The position numbers and the translations under genes are program-made. Under the pieces are notes generated by a model. That model was not told the origin of the DNA. It made no database searches and saw nothing but the letters and a program-made list of their open reading frames with translations. Shown piece by piece: positions 1 through 9,361 of a stretch of DNA of 64,000 nucleotides. Origin of the DNA: Burkholderiales bacterium (GTDB lineage: Bacteria > Pseudomonadota > Gammaproteobacteria > Burkholderiales > Usitatibacteraceae); the NCBI GenBank assembly GCA_043773745.1, contig JAYVEV010000132.1:1073-65072 (forward strand), given 5' to 3'. Positions within the stretch are counted from its first letter, which is position 1; each line of letters begins with the position of its first letter.

Positions 1-2
1 AT

Positions 3-2189
3 TTGGAATTGCGCGGAAAGCTTGGCTTCAATGAGCCCGTAGCCAAACTTTCATTGCGCTCGGGCTGTAAAGATGAGCAGACAACTACCCGCGATTACGT
101 GGTGTTGCTTGATCCGTTCCCCGTTATTGCAACACCCGTCACCATGGCATCTTTCTCAGCATCGCCTGAGTCCACTGCAAGCGCCGCCGCGCTTGCCTCG
201 GCAGGACAATGGCAAGTTTATTCAGGCGATACACTAGCCGTGATTGCCAAGGGAATTCATCCCAAAAACCGCAATCGTCGTGCCCAATATATTGCCGCGT
301 TGCGTACACTCAATCCATCGCTCTCGGGCGTGGCCGACGATGCCCCGCTGCCGCCTGATCTCTACCTGATTTTGCCCGATCTGAAGGTATTGTCCGGTAT
401 GGCGCCAAGCAGCGCAGTAGCAGTACGGGAATCAACGAAACGCACCGCTAAAGTGGCAAACGAAACACCACGATCCGAACCCAAGGCCAGTGCTGAGCGG
501 CCTGCTGTGCCGACGAAATCGGCACGAGCCAATCCTCCATTACCGGTACCCCGGGAAACTGCCGTCGTTGCACCAGTCGCGAAAACAAAAGCACCGCTAT
601 CGGCAACCACCATTACACCACCCCCATCAAAACCGCCAAAACCCACGGCCACCATCACTATCCCAGTATCGCCCCCGGTTGTTGAAGCGCCGAAGAAAGC
701 AACCCGTGGTGGATTTCAGTTGCGTCTGTCCGGCTCGGAAATCGATTTATCCCGCAGCCGCGGCATCACGGAAGAGATGCGTGCAGGGTTGCGTGAAAAA
801 CAATTATTGCTGGATGCGGACGACCAAATCGCACAACTGTTATCGCTGAAAAATACGGTCAAACAATTGGAGCTACGGCTAAACGATATTCAGTTAAAAA
901 TGCCAGAAGCTGTCGCGGCGAGCAAAACCACGCCAGCGCCCCCTGCTTCTGCGCCTGCCCCTGTGCCCACTCTCGCCTCCACTCCGGCAGTCACCCCTAC
1001 CTCTGCCCCTGCCGCAGCACCAGCGGCCGAACCTGCTGCCACGTTGCCCATGCCCGTCAAGGCGACTCCACCCGCCCCAGATGCAAACCAATCTGCGCCT
1101 GCTGTGCCTGCCGTGCCTGCTGCGGCGCCGGCAACAGCTGATTTATGGGCTGGCTGGCTGGATTCGAAATTTTTCGGTGTGCCGATCACTTGGCTAGCGG
1201 CGCTGCTGCTTGCATGTATTGCGGTCATGGTTGTGCTGCGCTGGCTATACCGGCGCGGTGCTGAACAGTCAACGGCAAACGACGATGCAGCCGCTCTGGC
1301 TAACAACAACCCAGCAATTTCCCCGGATATTTTTTTTGCAGAATCCTCCGGTAATAACGATGCTCGGGACGGCTTTGTTGCGACAACTTCATACCAGGCA
1401 GCAACTCCTGATGATGCAAATTTGCATGCCGAAGCTGAAGCCACGGCAATACGCGATGAGGCTGAACTGGAAATGATCCGGCAACGACGCACAGGCCAGA
1501 TGCCGGCACTTGACCTGTCAGACATCGAGACTGCGCGTTTTGAGCTGGATACATCACCCTCCACCACGGTTGATTTTTTGTTGAGTGGCGACGACTTCGC
1601 TAATCATGATCATGTTCGCCGGCTCCAATATATGTTTGGCCGCTACCCGGAACTCGCGTCAAAAACGGTCTCCATTGACGAACCTGATTCGGTTATCAAT
1701 GCTGCTCGGCTCTATTACGAGGAAGCCAAAACTGAAAGTGCGCGCGATAAAGCTTGCGAGCTGCTGACCTTTGCGATCGAGGAGCGCCCGCAGGAAATTC
1801 GCTTCTGGCTTGCGCAATTTGAAATTTATCGCCTCGATAACCTCGCTAAAGAATTCTCTGAACTGGGCAACAAATTTAATGTCATGTTTGGTCACACCGA
1901 CTCATGGCCGAAAGTACGCCACGTCGGCCATGAACTTGATCCGACCAATCCGTTATTCGCTGCAGCGGGCGGCGCTTCACTGGCAAGTGATCGATTTGAT
2001 TCGCTGGCTGAGAATTGGTTGTTGGCACCGATGGACTTCACTTCCGACGCACTGGTAGGCGAGATGCGGCAGTCATTATTTGACGACCATGACGTCAATG
2101 CCGCCGACCTCGAAAAAATAGCCGCGACACTCAAAGCGCTGCATGAGTCAGCAACCTCAGCGTCTGAAAACGCTGCCACTTCTCGTTGA
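3..2189 (+). CDS. fimV: FimV/HubP-like peptidoglycan-binding pilus-assembly scaffold (5' end outside window)
   Basis: The ORF is open from the window edge. It has a LysM-like segment (YSGDTLAVIAKGI...QYIAALRTLNP), a long Pro/Ala/Thr-rich spacer, one TM helix (ITWLAALLLACIAVMVVLRWLY) and an acidic C-terminal part with a TPR-like FimV C-terminal motif (RFWLAQFEIYRLDNLAKEF). Confidence 0.65.
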   Translation: MELRGKLGFNEPVAKLSLRSGCKDEQTTTRDYVVLLDPFPVIATPVTMASFSASPESTASAAALASAGQWQVYSGDTLAVIAKGIHPKNRNRRAQYIAALRTLNPSLSGVADDAPLPPDLYLILPDLKVLSGMAPSSAVAVRESTKRTAKVANETPRSEPKASAERPAVPTKSARANPPLPVPRETAVVAPVAKTKAPLSATTITPPPSKPPKPTATITIPVSPPVVEAPKKATRGGFQLRLSGSEIDLSRSRGITEEMRAGLREKQLLLDADDQIAQLLSLKNTVKQLELRLNDIQLKMPEAVAASKTTPAPPASAPAPVPTLASTPAVTPTSAPAAAPAAEPAATLPMPVKATPPAPDANQSAPAVPAVPAAAPATADLWAGWLDSKFFGVPITWLAALLLACIAVMVVLRWLYRRGAEQSTANDDAAALANNNPAISPDIFFAESSGNNDARDGFVATTSYQAATPDDANLHAEAEATAIRDEAELEMIRQRRTGQMPALDLSDIETARFELDTSPSTTVDFLLSGDDFANHDHVRRLQYMFGRYPELASKTVSIDEPDSVINAARLYYEEAKTESARDKACELLTFAIEERPQEIRFWLAQFEIYRLDNLAKEFSELGNKFNVMFGHTDSWPKVRHVGHELDPTNPLFAAAGGASLASDRFDSLAENWLLAPMDFTSDALVGEMRQSLFDDHDVNAADLEKIAATLKALHESATSASENAATSR

Positions 2190-2196
2190 TACCACC

Positions 2197-3756
2197 ATGC
2201 AGACCGGTGAATTACCTCCTCTCAATCCGCAAAGCCCGAGCCTCGCTTTGGAACTGATTTCACCGCCCGCCTTCACCTCGCTCCAGTTGCGGGAACAGCG
2301 CGCAAGCATTATTAGCGCAGTGAAATCTTTTGCCGATGCGCCCTCACCCATCGCCGCCGAAACGCTGCGCCAAATTATTGTCTTTGAAAATAAGCTGTAC
2401 CCGCTTATCCAAGCCGACAAACTCTGGTTTTTTTCGCTCGCCAACAAAACTGAAGCGTTGCAATTTGCGCGCGATGTGTTTCTTCTTCACAGCATTGCCG
2501 CCCTTACTCTTGAGCAGCTCATTGAACGTCGCGGCGAATGGGCAAGCTCGGACAGCGATGTTTTGCTTCATCAAATCCTTGCTTTTTCGCTTTACCATCA
2601 TGGTGCCGCAATCAAGTGGTCGTTCTTTCGTCACGAGCCCGTTAAAGCAACCGTCTGGCCGCAGTTGCATCGCCTATTTTTATTTGCTGAACAAAATTAT
2701 TTCGCAACTGAGTCGGTCAGGCTTTTTGACGATGAGGCGCTATATCCAACCTCTGCGCAATCGCTCTATATACGCGCCTTATTGCTGGAGGTGCTTAACA
2801 CCGGCAGCCTGACGATTGAACAGGTTGAAATAGCCGATGGCTGGTTGGCAGAGTGGTCGCCCGATTACTTGTTTGATACTGCCTATCTGCCGCGCGCCCA
2901 CAGTCTGTTTGTTGATCTGAACGCCGGGACCGGGCTGCAACTTGCCAATGGCAATACCGCAAAACCGAGCTATCGATACCTGCGCATGGACAGCCTAAAA
3001 AATCAGGTTGAAACCATTCGTATCGAGCTGCGGGCAGGTCGCCCCTATCATGGTCGCGGCACACCCAATGCATTTTCGATGGAGCAACATGTTGCGCTCC
3101 TATCGACTATCGAGCGGCTGTATCAGACCCTCCTCAATGCCAGCGCCTCGCGCATTGAAGAACGTATGCAGGTCAATAATCTATTGGCGGATATTCGTCT
3201 GGACTTGAACGACGCACTTACCGCTGTGGGGGATGAAGAAAAACCCGCACTCAGTACAGAAGCAGCCACACAAAACACTCGCTGGACGCGCTGGCGAGTA
3301 CACGACATCAGCTCAAAAGGCGTTGGCCTATTGGTTGATCGCGCCACCGGCGAACGGGTCAGTATCGGCCAGTTATTGACCATCAAACCCGACGGTCTCG
3401 AACATTGGCTGATGGGTGTCATCGTGCGCAAACTCACTCAGCGCACCGTTGGCGAAACCCTGCTGGGCGTCGAAATACTATGCTATCGCCCGCTACCGGT
3501 AACGCTTATGCGCTATGCCCATGTACGAGACGCCGAACCGGATCCAATTGCAACTCCGATTCGTGCCCTTTACTTGCCCGGCCGCGACGCTGATGGCAAA
3601 GTCGACATTCTGGTAATGCCCGCTGGTAACTTCCAGTTAAAAAATGTGTTCAGCCTCACCACCCAAAAAAATAAATTCCGCGTTCGTATCAATCGGGTGC
3701 TGCGCAAGGGCGGTGACTGGGTAGGGTTGCGGTTTGAGGTGATTGGCAAACAATAG
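2197..3756 (+). CDS. PilZ-domain (c-di-GMP binding) protein with large uncharacterised N-terminal region
   Basis: The ATG at 2197 lies 8 nt after the fimV stop and is in frame with the longer 2143 ORF. The PilZ signature RWTRWR (RxxxR, nt 3280-3297) is followed by DISSKG (D-x-S-x-x-G, nt 3304-3321). Confidence 0.7.
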   Translation: MQTGELPPLNPQSPSLALELISPPAFTSLQLREQRASIISAVKSFADAPSPIAAETLRQIIVFENKLYPLIQADKLWFFSLANKTEALQFARDVFLLHSIAALTLEQLIERRGEWASSDSDVLLHQILAFSLYHHGAAIKWSFFRHEPVKATVWPQLHRLFLFAEQNYFATESVRLFDDEALYPTSAQSLYIRALLLEVLNTGSLTIEQVEIADGWLAEWSPDYLFDTAYLPRAHSLFVDLNAGTGLQLANGNTAKPSYRYLRMDSLKNQVETIRIELRAGRPYHGRGTPNAFSMEQHVALLSTIERLYQTLLNASASRIEERMQVNNLLADIRLDLNDALTAVGDEEKPALSTEAATQNTRWTRWRVHDISSKGVGLLVDRATGERVSIGQLLTIKPDGLEHWLMGVIVRKLTQRTVGETLLGVEILCYRPLPVTLMRYAHVRDAEPDPIATPIRALYLPGRDADGKVDILVMPAGNFQLKNVFSLTTQKNKFRVRINRVLRKGGDWVGLRFEVIGKQ

Positions 3757-3781
3757 CCGGGCTATCATGGCGGTTCGCTGC

Positions 3782-4078
3782 TTAACGCTTTTTTGTATTT
3801 ACTCTGGCGCGCCGTGCATCTTTTGGATCCGCCTGCAATGGCCGGTAAATTTCGACCCGGTCCCCATCGCGCAACACATAGTCTGCCGGTCTTGTCTTTC
3901 CCCATATTCCGCAAGAAGCGTTCTCCATTAAAAAATTTTCGATGTGCTGCTGAATTCCGGAAGCGATAATTGCATCGCGCGTATTCGCACCCACTGGAAT
4001 ACTCAGCGCAATTTCACCAGACCATTCAGGCCCCGCGTAGGCAACAGACACATTAAGCCTCTTCACTCGTTCATCCAT
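3782..4078 (-). CDS. rnfH: RnfH family ubiquitin-like protein (UPF0125)
   Basis: MDERVKRLNVSVAYAGPE...DGDRVEIYRPLQADPKDARR is typical RnfH. The internal ATG at 4078 overlaps the ratA stop by 8 nt. The gene sits in the conserved smpB/ratA/rnfH neighbourhood. Confidence 0.85.
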   Translation of the reverse strand: MDERVKRLNVSVAYAGPEWSGEIALSIPVGANTRDAIIASGIQQHIENFLMENASCGIWGKTRPADYVLRDGDRVEIYRPLQADPKDARRARVNTKKR

Positions 4079-4532
4079 GCTGACTCTTCGAAGAATTTTG
4101 TTGCGCCGCCAATGTCTCGGCCCGCGATACAAAACGATCAATCATGGTGTCGGCAATCATGCCGAATACCGGGCCAATGGTGTGTTCCAGAACAATATTG
4201 GCGAATGTGTACTCAAGCTGTAGTTCAACTTTGCACGCATCAGCCGCCAGCGCCACAAAGTGCCAATGCCCCTGTAATTGTTTGAACGGGCCATCGCGCA
4301 AGCTCAGGACCATCCATTCATGCGGCTCTTTGGTGTTCTCGGTGGTGAACGATTGCGACACCCCCGCATAGCGGATATCGATGGTGGCAATGGTCTGTGC
4401 AGCATCGCGCATCAGCACCTTGGTGCCGCCGCACCAGGGCAGAAATTCGGGATAGTACTCGACCGCATCGACGAGATTAAACATCATCTCGGCAGAATGG
4501 GGAACGAGCACGGATTTTACGACTTTAGACAT
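4071..4532 (-). CDS. ratA: SRPBCC-fold RatA/YfjG (CoQ-binding COQ10-like) protein
   Basis: MSKVVKSVLVPHSAEMMFNLVDAVEYYPEFLPWC... matches the RatA family. It is divergent from smpB, as in most proteobacteria. I chose the start at the ATG at 4532. Confidence 0.85.
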   Translation of the reverse strand: MSKVVKSVLVPHSAEMMFNLVDAVEYYPEFLPWCGGTKVLMRDAAQTIATIDIRYAGVSQSFTTENTKEPHEWMVLSLRDGPFKQLQGHWHFVALAADACKVELQLEYTFANIVLEHTIGPVFGMIADTMIDRFVSRAETLAAQQNSSKSQHG

Positions 4533-4614
4533 GGTAATTAGCTGTAATGAGCGAGGAATTTCGGCGACGGCACAAGCCCGATCAGTTAAAATCAATACTT
4601 AACGAGAAGGCATT

Positions 4615-5064
4615 ATGAGCATTGTTGACAATAAAAAAGCGTTTTTTGATTATTTTATCGAAGACCGTTACGAAGCAGGTTTGGTACTGCATGGCTGGGA
4701 AGTCAAAGCTATCCGGGCTGGTCGCGCGCAAATTAAAGAAGGTTATGTGGTGCTGCAAAATGGCGCTTTTTATTTGATTGGCGCGCATATTTCACCGCTT
4801 GATTCCGCATCCACCCATGTCACCCCCGACACTGTGCGCACCCGCAAGCTGCTGCTGAACGCGGCTGAAATCGACAAGCTGATTGGCAAGGTCGAGCAGC
4901 GCGGTTATACCGTGGTGCCGCTGAATCTCCATTATTCAAAAGGCAATGTGAAGCTTGATATCGGCGTGGCCAAAGGTAAAAAGCAATACGACAAGCGCGC
5001 CACCGAAAAAGAAAAAGACGGCAAACGCGAGCAGCAACAGGCGATGAAAAAATTTGCTGAGTAA
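4615..5064 (+). CDS. smpB: SsrA-binding protein SmpB
   Basis: The N-terminus [30 protein letters not shown] and the basic C-terminal tail are canonical SmpB features. Confidence 0.95.
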   Translation: MSIVDNKKAFFDYFIEDRYEAGLVLHGWEVKAIRAGRAQIKEGYVVLQNGAFYLIGAHISPLDSASTHVTPDTVRTRKLLLNAAEIDKLIGKVEQRGYTVVPLNLHYSKGNVKLDIGVAKGKKQYDKRATEKEKDGKREQQQAMKKFAE

Positions 5065-6009
5065 TTAACCCTGCTCGGAGGCAGCACCCGTTGCCGGCTG
5101 CTGCCCAAAGGTCGTCGCCAACCCCGCGGCTACAATCATCACACCGCCCAGCCAGTCTTGCAGTCGTCCATTTTCATTGGCCAGAAAATGAGCGGCGATG
5201 GCGGCAACAATCAACTCAAACAATAAAATAACCGCTGCGCGATTGGCCGTGAGCTGACTCAGACCGTATTGAAGCGCGACGCTGGTTGAGAAAAGTACCA
5301 CGCCGATGACCGCGATCAACACAAAATGCGGAGCGGCGAGCGCGCCCCACTGCATAACGCTGGGCCCCAATAGCAATGCAACCGGCGCGGAAACAGTCGC
5401 AACGCCAATCGCGCCTGCCAATGATTTTGCCTCAGGCGTTAAATGATCGGCACCCTTTACCAGCACATTACAAAGCGCAAACGCGAAGCCCGCGCAAAGC
5501 CCCAGCCATTCATAGCCATTGCGCGGCGCGGGAAAGCCCAATTCCGGCCGCCACAACATGGTGGCTGCGCCGGCCATCGCCAGTGCCATGGTGGCGTAAC
5601 CAGCTGCCGTTAGCTGTTCGCGAAGTATCATGCGCGCCAGCGGCACTGTCCATAGCGGTGCCAGATAAAACAGCAGCACGATGCGCAGCACCTCGGCCTC
5701 CATGACGGCAACCAGATAGGACACATTGGTGATGCCCACCGACAAGCCAATACCGGCTATCCACGCGGCGTTCCGATAGCGCCATTCTCCCGGACGCGGG
5801 GCAAATTCACGCCACGCTCGCCTGAATAGCAGGCCGCCAACTGTAATCGAGACCAGATAAGTCAGCAGCGTGGCGACCGGCACCGCCAGACCCGCCCCCT
5901 GCAATAATCGGTACGGATACCACAGGATGCCCCATGATGTGGCACCAAGCAGTAACGCCAGTACAGGACGAGAAGTTGATGCAGAATGCTGACTTGAATG
6001 ATGAAACAA
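5065..6009 (-). CDS. DMT-superfamily (EamA-type) permease
   Basis: The product is about 10 hydrophobic helices with duplicated EamA-like halves. The only available start is TTG at 6009. Its stop codon abuts the smpB stop with zero gap. Confidence 0.7.
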   Translation of the reverse strand: MFHHSSQHSASTSRPVLALLLGATSWGILWYPYRLLQGAGLAVPVATLLTYLVSITVGGLLFRRAWREFAPRPGEWRYRNAAWIAGIGLSVGITNVSYLVAVMEAEVLRIVLLFYLAPLWTVPLARMILREQLTAAGYATMALAMAGAATMLWRPELGFPAPRNGYEWLGLCAGFAFALCNVLVKGADHLTPEAKSLAGAIGVATVSAPVALLLGPSVMQWGALAAPHFVLIAVIGVVLFSTSVALQYGLSQLTANRAAVILLFELIVAAIAAHFLANENGRLQDWLGGVMIVAAGLATTFGQQPATGAASEQG

Positions 6010-6178
6010 GAGTGAGCCCTTATAATGAAGATTGCTTAAGCGTGGTGTGCCGCGCAGATGGGCGTGGCAATCGCACGAAGCTTCTGCCTCTGGTGAGTTT
6101 TATTTATCTATTTAGCAATACAAAATTATATATTTTACCTATCCCCACAACCCCAAATCAAACTGAAATCAATCCGCC

Positions 6179-7012
6179 ATGAATACCGATCACCTGCAAA
6201 CCATTATTGACGCCGCCTGGGAAACTCGGGCAAATCTGAACCCCGCCACGGTCAACAACGATTTGCGCGAAGCAGTAGAACGCACCATCGCCTATCTCGA
6301 TACCGGCCTGATCCGGGTCGCTGAAAAAATCGGCGGCGAATGGGTGACGCACCAGTGGGTAAAAAAAGCGGTGCTGCTATCGTTCCGACTCAATGATAAC
6401 CAAGTGATGGCTGGTGACGGCCAACCCGTCGCAGCCTACTTCGACAAAGTGCCAACCAAATTTGCGAACTACACCGAATCCCATTTTCGCGCAGGCGGCT
6501 TTCGTGTAGTCCCGCCTGCCGTTGCGCGGCGTGGCGCATTCATTGGTAAAAATGTGGTGCTGATGCCTTCCTATGTAAATATCGGCGCCTATGTTGATGA
6601 AGGCACCATGGTTGATACCTGGGCGACTGTCGGCTCCTGCGCACAGATCGGCAAGAACGTACATTTGAGTGGTGGTGTCGGCATCGGCGGGGTGCTGGAG
6701 CCTTTGCAGGCCAACCCGACTATCATCGAAGACAACTGTTTTGTCGGCGCACGATCAGAGGTTGTCGAAGGCGTGATTGTTGGCGAGGGCTCGGTTATAT
6801 CCATGGGCGTATTCATTGGCCAATCGACCAAAATTTATAACCGCGCCACTGGCGAGGTCAGCTACGGTAAAGTACCGCCATACTCAGTCGTGGTGGCGGG
6901 CAGCTTGCCCTCGGCGGATGGAAAGTACAGCTTGAATTGCGCGGTTATCGTCAAACAAGTGGATGCACAAACGCGCTCGAAAACCAGCATCAACGATTTA
7001 CTCAGAGCCTGA
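6179..7012 (+). CDS. dapD: 2,3,4,5-tetrahydropyridine-2,6-dicarboxylate N-succinyltransferase
   Basis: The N-terminus is DapD-like ([15 protein letters not shown]). Hexapeptide-repeat left-handed beta-helix sequence follows ([40 protein letters not shown]). Confidence 0.92.
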   Translation: MNTDHLQTIIDAAWETRANLNPATVNNDLREAVERTIAYLDTGLIRVAEKIGGEWVTHQWVKKAVLLSFRLNDNQVMAGDGQPVAAYFDKVPTKFANYTESHFRAGGFRVVPPAVARRGAFIGKNVVLMPSYVNIGAYVDEGTMVDTWATVGSCAQIGKNVHLSGGVGIGGVLEPLQANPTIIEDNCFVGARSEVVEGVIVGEGSVISMGVFIGQSTKIYNRATGEVSYGKVPPYSVVVAGSLPSADGKYSLNCAVIVKQVDAQTRSKTSINDLLRA

Positions 7013-7047
7013 TTAGCAGCGCTATCTCAAGGGAGCAGGGAGACAAT

Positions 7048-8190
7048 ATGGTGATTCTCGAAAAACTATTTCGCCTCATGTCGGAAAAAAAAGCATCGGA
7101 TATTTTTGTCTCCGCGGGTGCCGCAATTCATATCAAAATTAATGGCAACGCCGTGCCGGTCAATCCGCAAATCATGTCGGCGGAAGACTGCAAACGAGTT
7201 TGCTATGAAATTTTGAAGCCACAACAAATCGAAAAATTCGAGAAAGAGCTGGAGCTTAATTTCTCCTATCCGATTGAAGGCATCGGTAATTTCCGCGTCA
7301 ACATGATGATGCAAAAAGCGAGTGTCGCCGCCGTGGTTCGCTTCATCAGCAATAGCGTGCCGCCGTTTGAATCGCTTGAGCTGCCCAATGTGCTGCGACA
7401 GGTCATCATGGAAAAACGCGGTCTGGTGCTGGTGGTAGGTGCGACGGGTTCCGGCAAATCGACCTCGCTCGCAGCGATGATTGATTTCCGCAATCAAATG
7501 AAGACCGGTCATATTCTGACCTTTGAAGACCCGGTCGAATTTATGTTCACCTCGAAAAAATCCATCGTCAACCAGCGTGAGATTGGCAGCGATTCACACT
7601 CTTTCCATGACGCGATGCGCAACGCGTTGCGGCAGGCACCCGATTGCATTCTGGTCGGCGAGATTCGCGATGTCGAAACCATGAAGATGGCGATGATGTA
7701 TTCACTGTCCGGCCATCTGTGTCTGGCCACGCTGCATGCCAATAACAGTTATCATGCGCTGAACCGGATTATCAATTTCTTCCCGCTGGAGCAGCGCGCT
7801 GTGCTGCTGGGCGATTTGGCGGTGGCGCTGCGCTGCATCATGTCGCAACGGCTGGTGAAAAATATCGAAGGTACCCGCAGCCCGACCGTCGAGGTGCTGA
7901 TGAATACCCAGAATATTGCAGACTTGGTTGAGGAAGGCCGCGTATCGGAGATCAAGGAAGCAATGGAAAAATCCCTGACCCCCGGCTCACAAACCTTTGA
8001 GCAGGATTTATTCCGGCTCATCAAGGCAGGCCGTATTACGGTTGAGGAAGGAATGCTCAATGCTGATTCCGCCACCAACCTCTCGCTCCTGGTCGGCAAC
8101 AGCGGCATGATGGAATCATTCAAGGCCAGCGACTTGCCCACCAAGCCGGGCATGGGCGGGCCGAATTTCAGTGAGTTCAAAATTAGCTAG
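7048..8190 (+). CDS. PilT/PilU-family type IV pilus retraction ATPase
   Basis: The ATG at 7048 is preceded by GGGAGCAGGGAG. It has Walker A GATGSGKST, a PilT-type Asp/His-box region (ILVGEIRDVETMKMAMMYSLSGHLCLATLHAN) and a length of about 380 aa. Confidence 0.85.
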   Translation: MVILEKLFRLMSEKKASDIFVSAGAAIHIKINGNAVPVNPQIMSAEDCKRVCYEILKPQQIEKFEKELELNFSYPIEGIGNFRVNMMMQKASVAAVVRFISNSVPPFESLELPNVLRQVIMEKRGLVLVVGATGSGKSTSLAAMIDFRNQMKTGHILTFEDPVEFMFTSKKSIVNQREIGSDSHSFHDAMRNALRQAPDCILVGEIRDVETMKMAMMYSLSGHLCLATLHANNSYHALNRIINFFPLEQRAVLLGDLAVALRCIMSQRLVKNIEGTRSPTVEVLMNTQNIADLVEEGRVSEIKEAMEKSLTPGSQTFEQDLFRLIKAGRITVEEGMLNADSATNLSLLVGNSGMMESFKASDLPTKPGMGGPNFSEFKIS

Positions 8191-8215
8191 CCGCTGCACG
8201 TAAGGGAAGACTATC

Positions 8216-8707
8216 ATGAGCGACAGCCCCACACCTATTCCATCGGCAGCAATAATCGGGCCTGTAAAAGTTGATGCGCTGCCGTGGGAAAGCTGGGGCG
8301 AAGGCGAACGTTTCGGTAGCCGCGTGCAATGCTTGGCAGATTCGCGAAAAGGTGCGCAGATCGGCGTCATCATTGAGGAATTGCCACCCGGGAAACAATC
8401 CTGCCCTTTCCATTACCACCTGCTCGAAGAAGAACACTTGATGGTGCTGGAAGGTACCGTGACGCTGAGGTTGGGCGATAAAACATTTGAGATGAGTGGC
8501 GGTGACTACATCCGTTTTCCCGCCGGTGAAGCGCTTGGGCATTGCCTGATTAATAACAGCGACAAACCCTGCAAATATTTATGCTTCGGCCCGCGCAACC
8601 CCAACGAAGTCGCGGTCTATCCTGATTCCGATAAGGTCATGGTGCGCGGCCTCGGCGAAATCTATCGTAAATCGGCAACGCTGCAATATTGGGATGGCGA
8701 AAACTAG
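8216..8707 (+). CDS. Cupin-domain protein
   Basis: It carries the cupin_2 motif region (GKQSCPFHYHLLEEEHLMVLEGTVTLRLGDKTFEMSGGDYIRFPAG). The function is not assignable. Confidence 0.7.
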   Translation: MSDSPTPIPSAAIIGPVKVDALPWESWGEGERFGSRVQCLADSRKGAQIGVIIEELPPGKQSCPFHYHLLEEEHLMVLEGTVTLRLGDKTFEMSGGDYIRFPAGEALGHCLINNSDKPCKYLCFGPRNPNEVAVYPDSDKVMVRGLGEIYRKSATLQYWDGEN

Positions 8708-8910
8708 CGCGTGACAGAACAACATTCACAAGCACTGGCGCGGCTTTTAGAGCAAAATGGGCTGGTGATACCCGTAGATGCTGGTTTTTCATAGAACAAT
8801 TGATTGCCCAATTTGGGTTGAACTCTCATCATCCGCACGCAATCCAAACATCCGAAGGTAAGCAGTTGTTTGTGGTGTAAGCTATATTTGGACTTTATGA
8901 TTTATCTCGC

Positions 8911-9294
8911 ATGAAATATTCTCAACGCAAAATAATCAGCTTCATCGCCATCATCGCCTTGCTGTTTGCGCAGCTCGCGGGGTCGGCATATGCATGCCCG
9001 ATGCTGAATAGCAGCGTCACTGCGCAAATGCAAATGGCTAATTATGCTGATTTGACTTGCGATGATATGGATATGGCCCAACCGGCGATGTGCAAGCACC
9101 ATTGCGAAGATAACCAGCAAATCAACAATGATTCGCCGCTGGACCCATCCGCGCTCGCATTTATTCCTGCCTTCGTGGTCACTCTTACAGTCTCCGTTAC
9201 CACAACATTTGAAACCACAATTGTTGCTGCTCCCTCGCTGCATCACGCCACTTCCCCGCCGCTGTCGATTCGAAACTGCTGTTTCCGTATTTGA
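8911..9294 (+). CDS. Small exported Cys/Met/His-rich protein preceding the RND efflux operon (positional analogue of cusD/silD)
   Basis: It has a signal-like N-terminus (IISFIAIIALLFAQLAGSAYA|CP), a Cys/Met/His-rich segment (CDDMDMAQPAMCKHHCED), a hydrophobic segment and a C-terminal PPLSIRNCCFRI. It is co-directional with and 67 nt upstream of the OMF gene. No clear SD is present. Confidence 0.5.
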   Translation: MKYSQRKIISFIAIIALLFAQLAGSAYACPMLNSSVTAQMQMANYADLTCDDMDMAQPAMCKHHCEDNQQINNDSPLDPSALAFIPAFVVTLTVSVTTTFETTIVAAPSLHHATSPPLSIRNCCFRI

Positions 9295-9361
9295 TCTCCT
9301 GACGCATTGATGGCCTGACTCCAACGGGGTCCGGCCTTGATTGTTTTCGTCCGGAGGTTTT

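Noticed and set aside
890-1567. 225-aa minus-strand ORF, and other alternate-frame ORFs, inside fimV
   Set aside because: This is an antisense artefact of the GC-rich Pro/Ala-rich spacer of FimV. There is no independent coding signature.
3782-4595. ratA-rnfH as a mobile toxin-antitoxin module
   Set aside because: This is the widely conserved chromosomal smpB / ratA-rnfH neighbourhood. There are no signs of mobility, and no tmRNA gene was recognised next to smpB.
8689-8880. 63-aa ORF in the cupin-to-small-ORF spacer, and a search for a CusR-type or MerR-type operator upstream of the efflux operon
   Set aside because: The ORF overlaps the cupin stop and has no RBS or motif. I saw no clear dyad resembling known CusR or CueR boxes, so no regulatory site is claimed.
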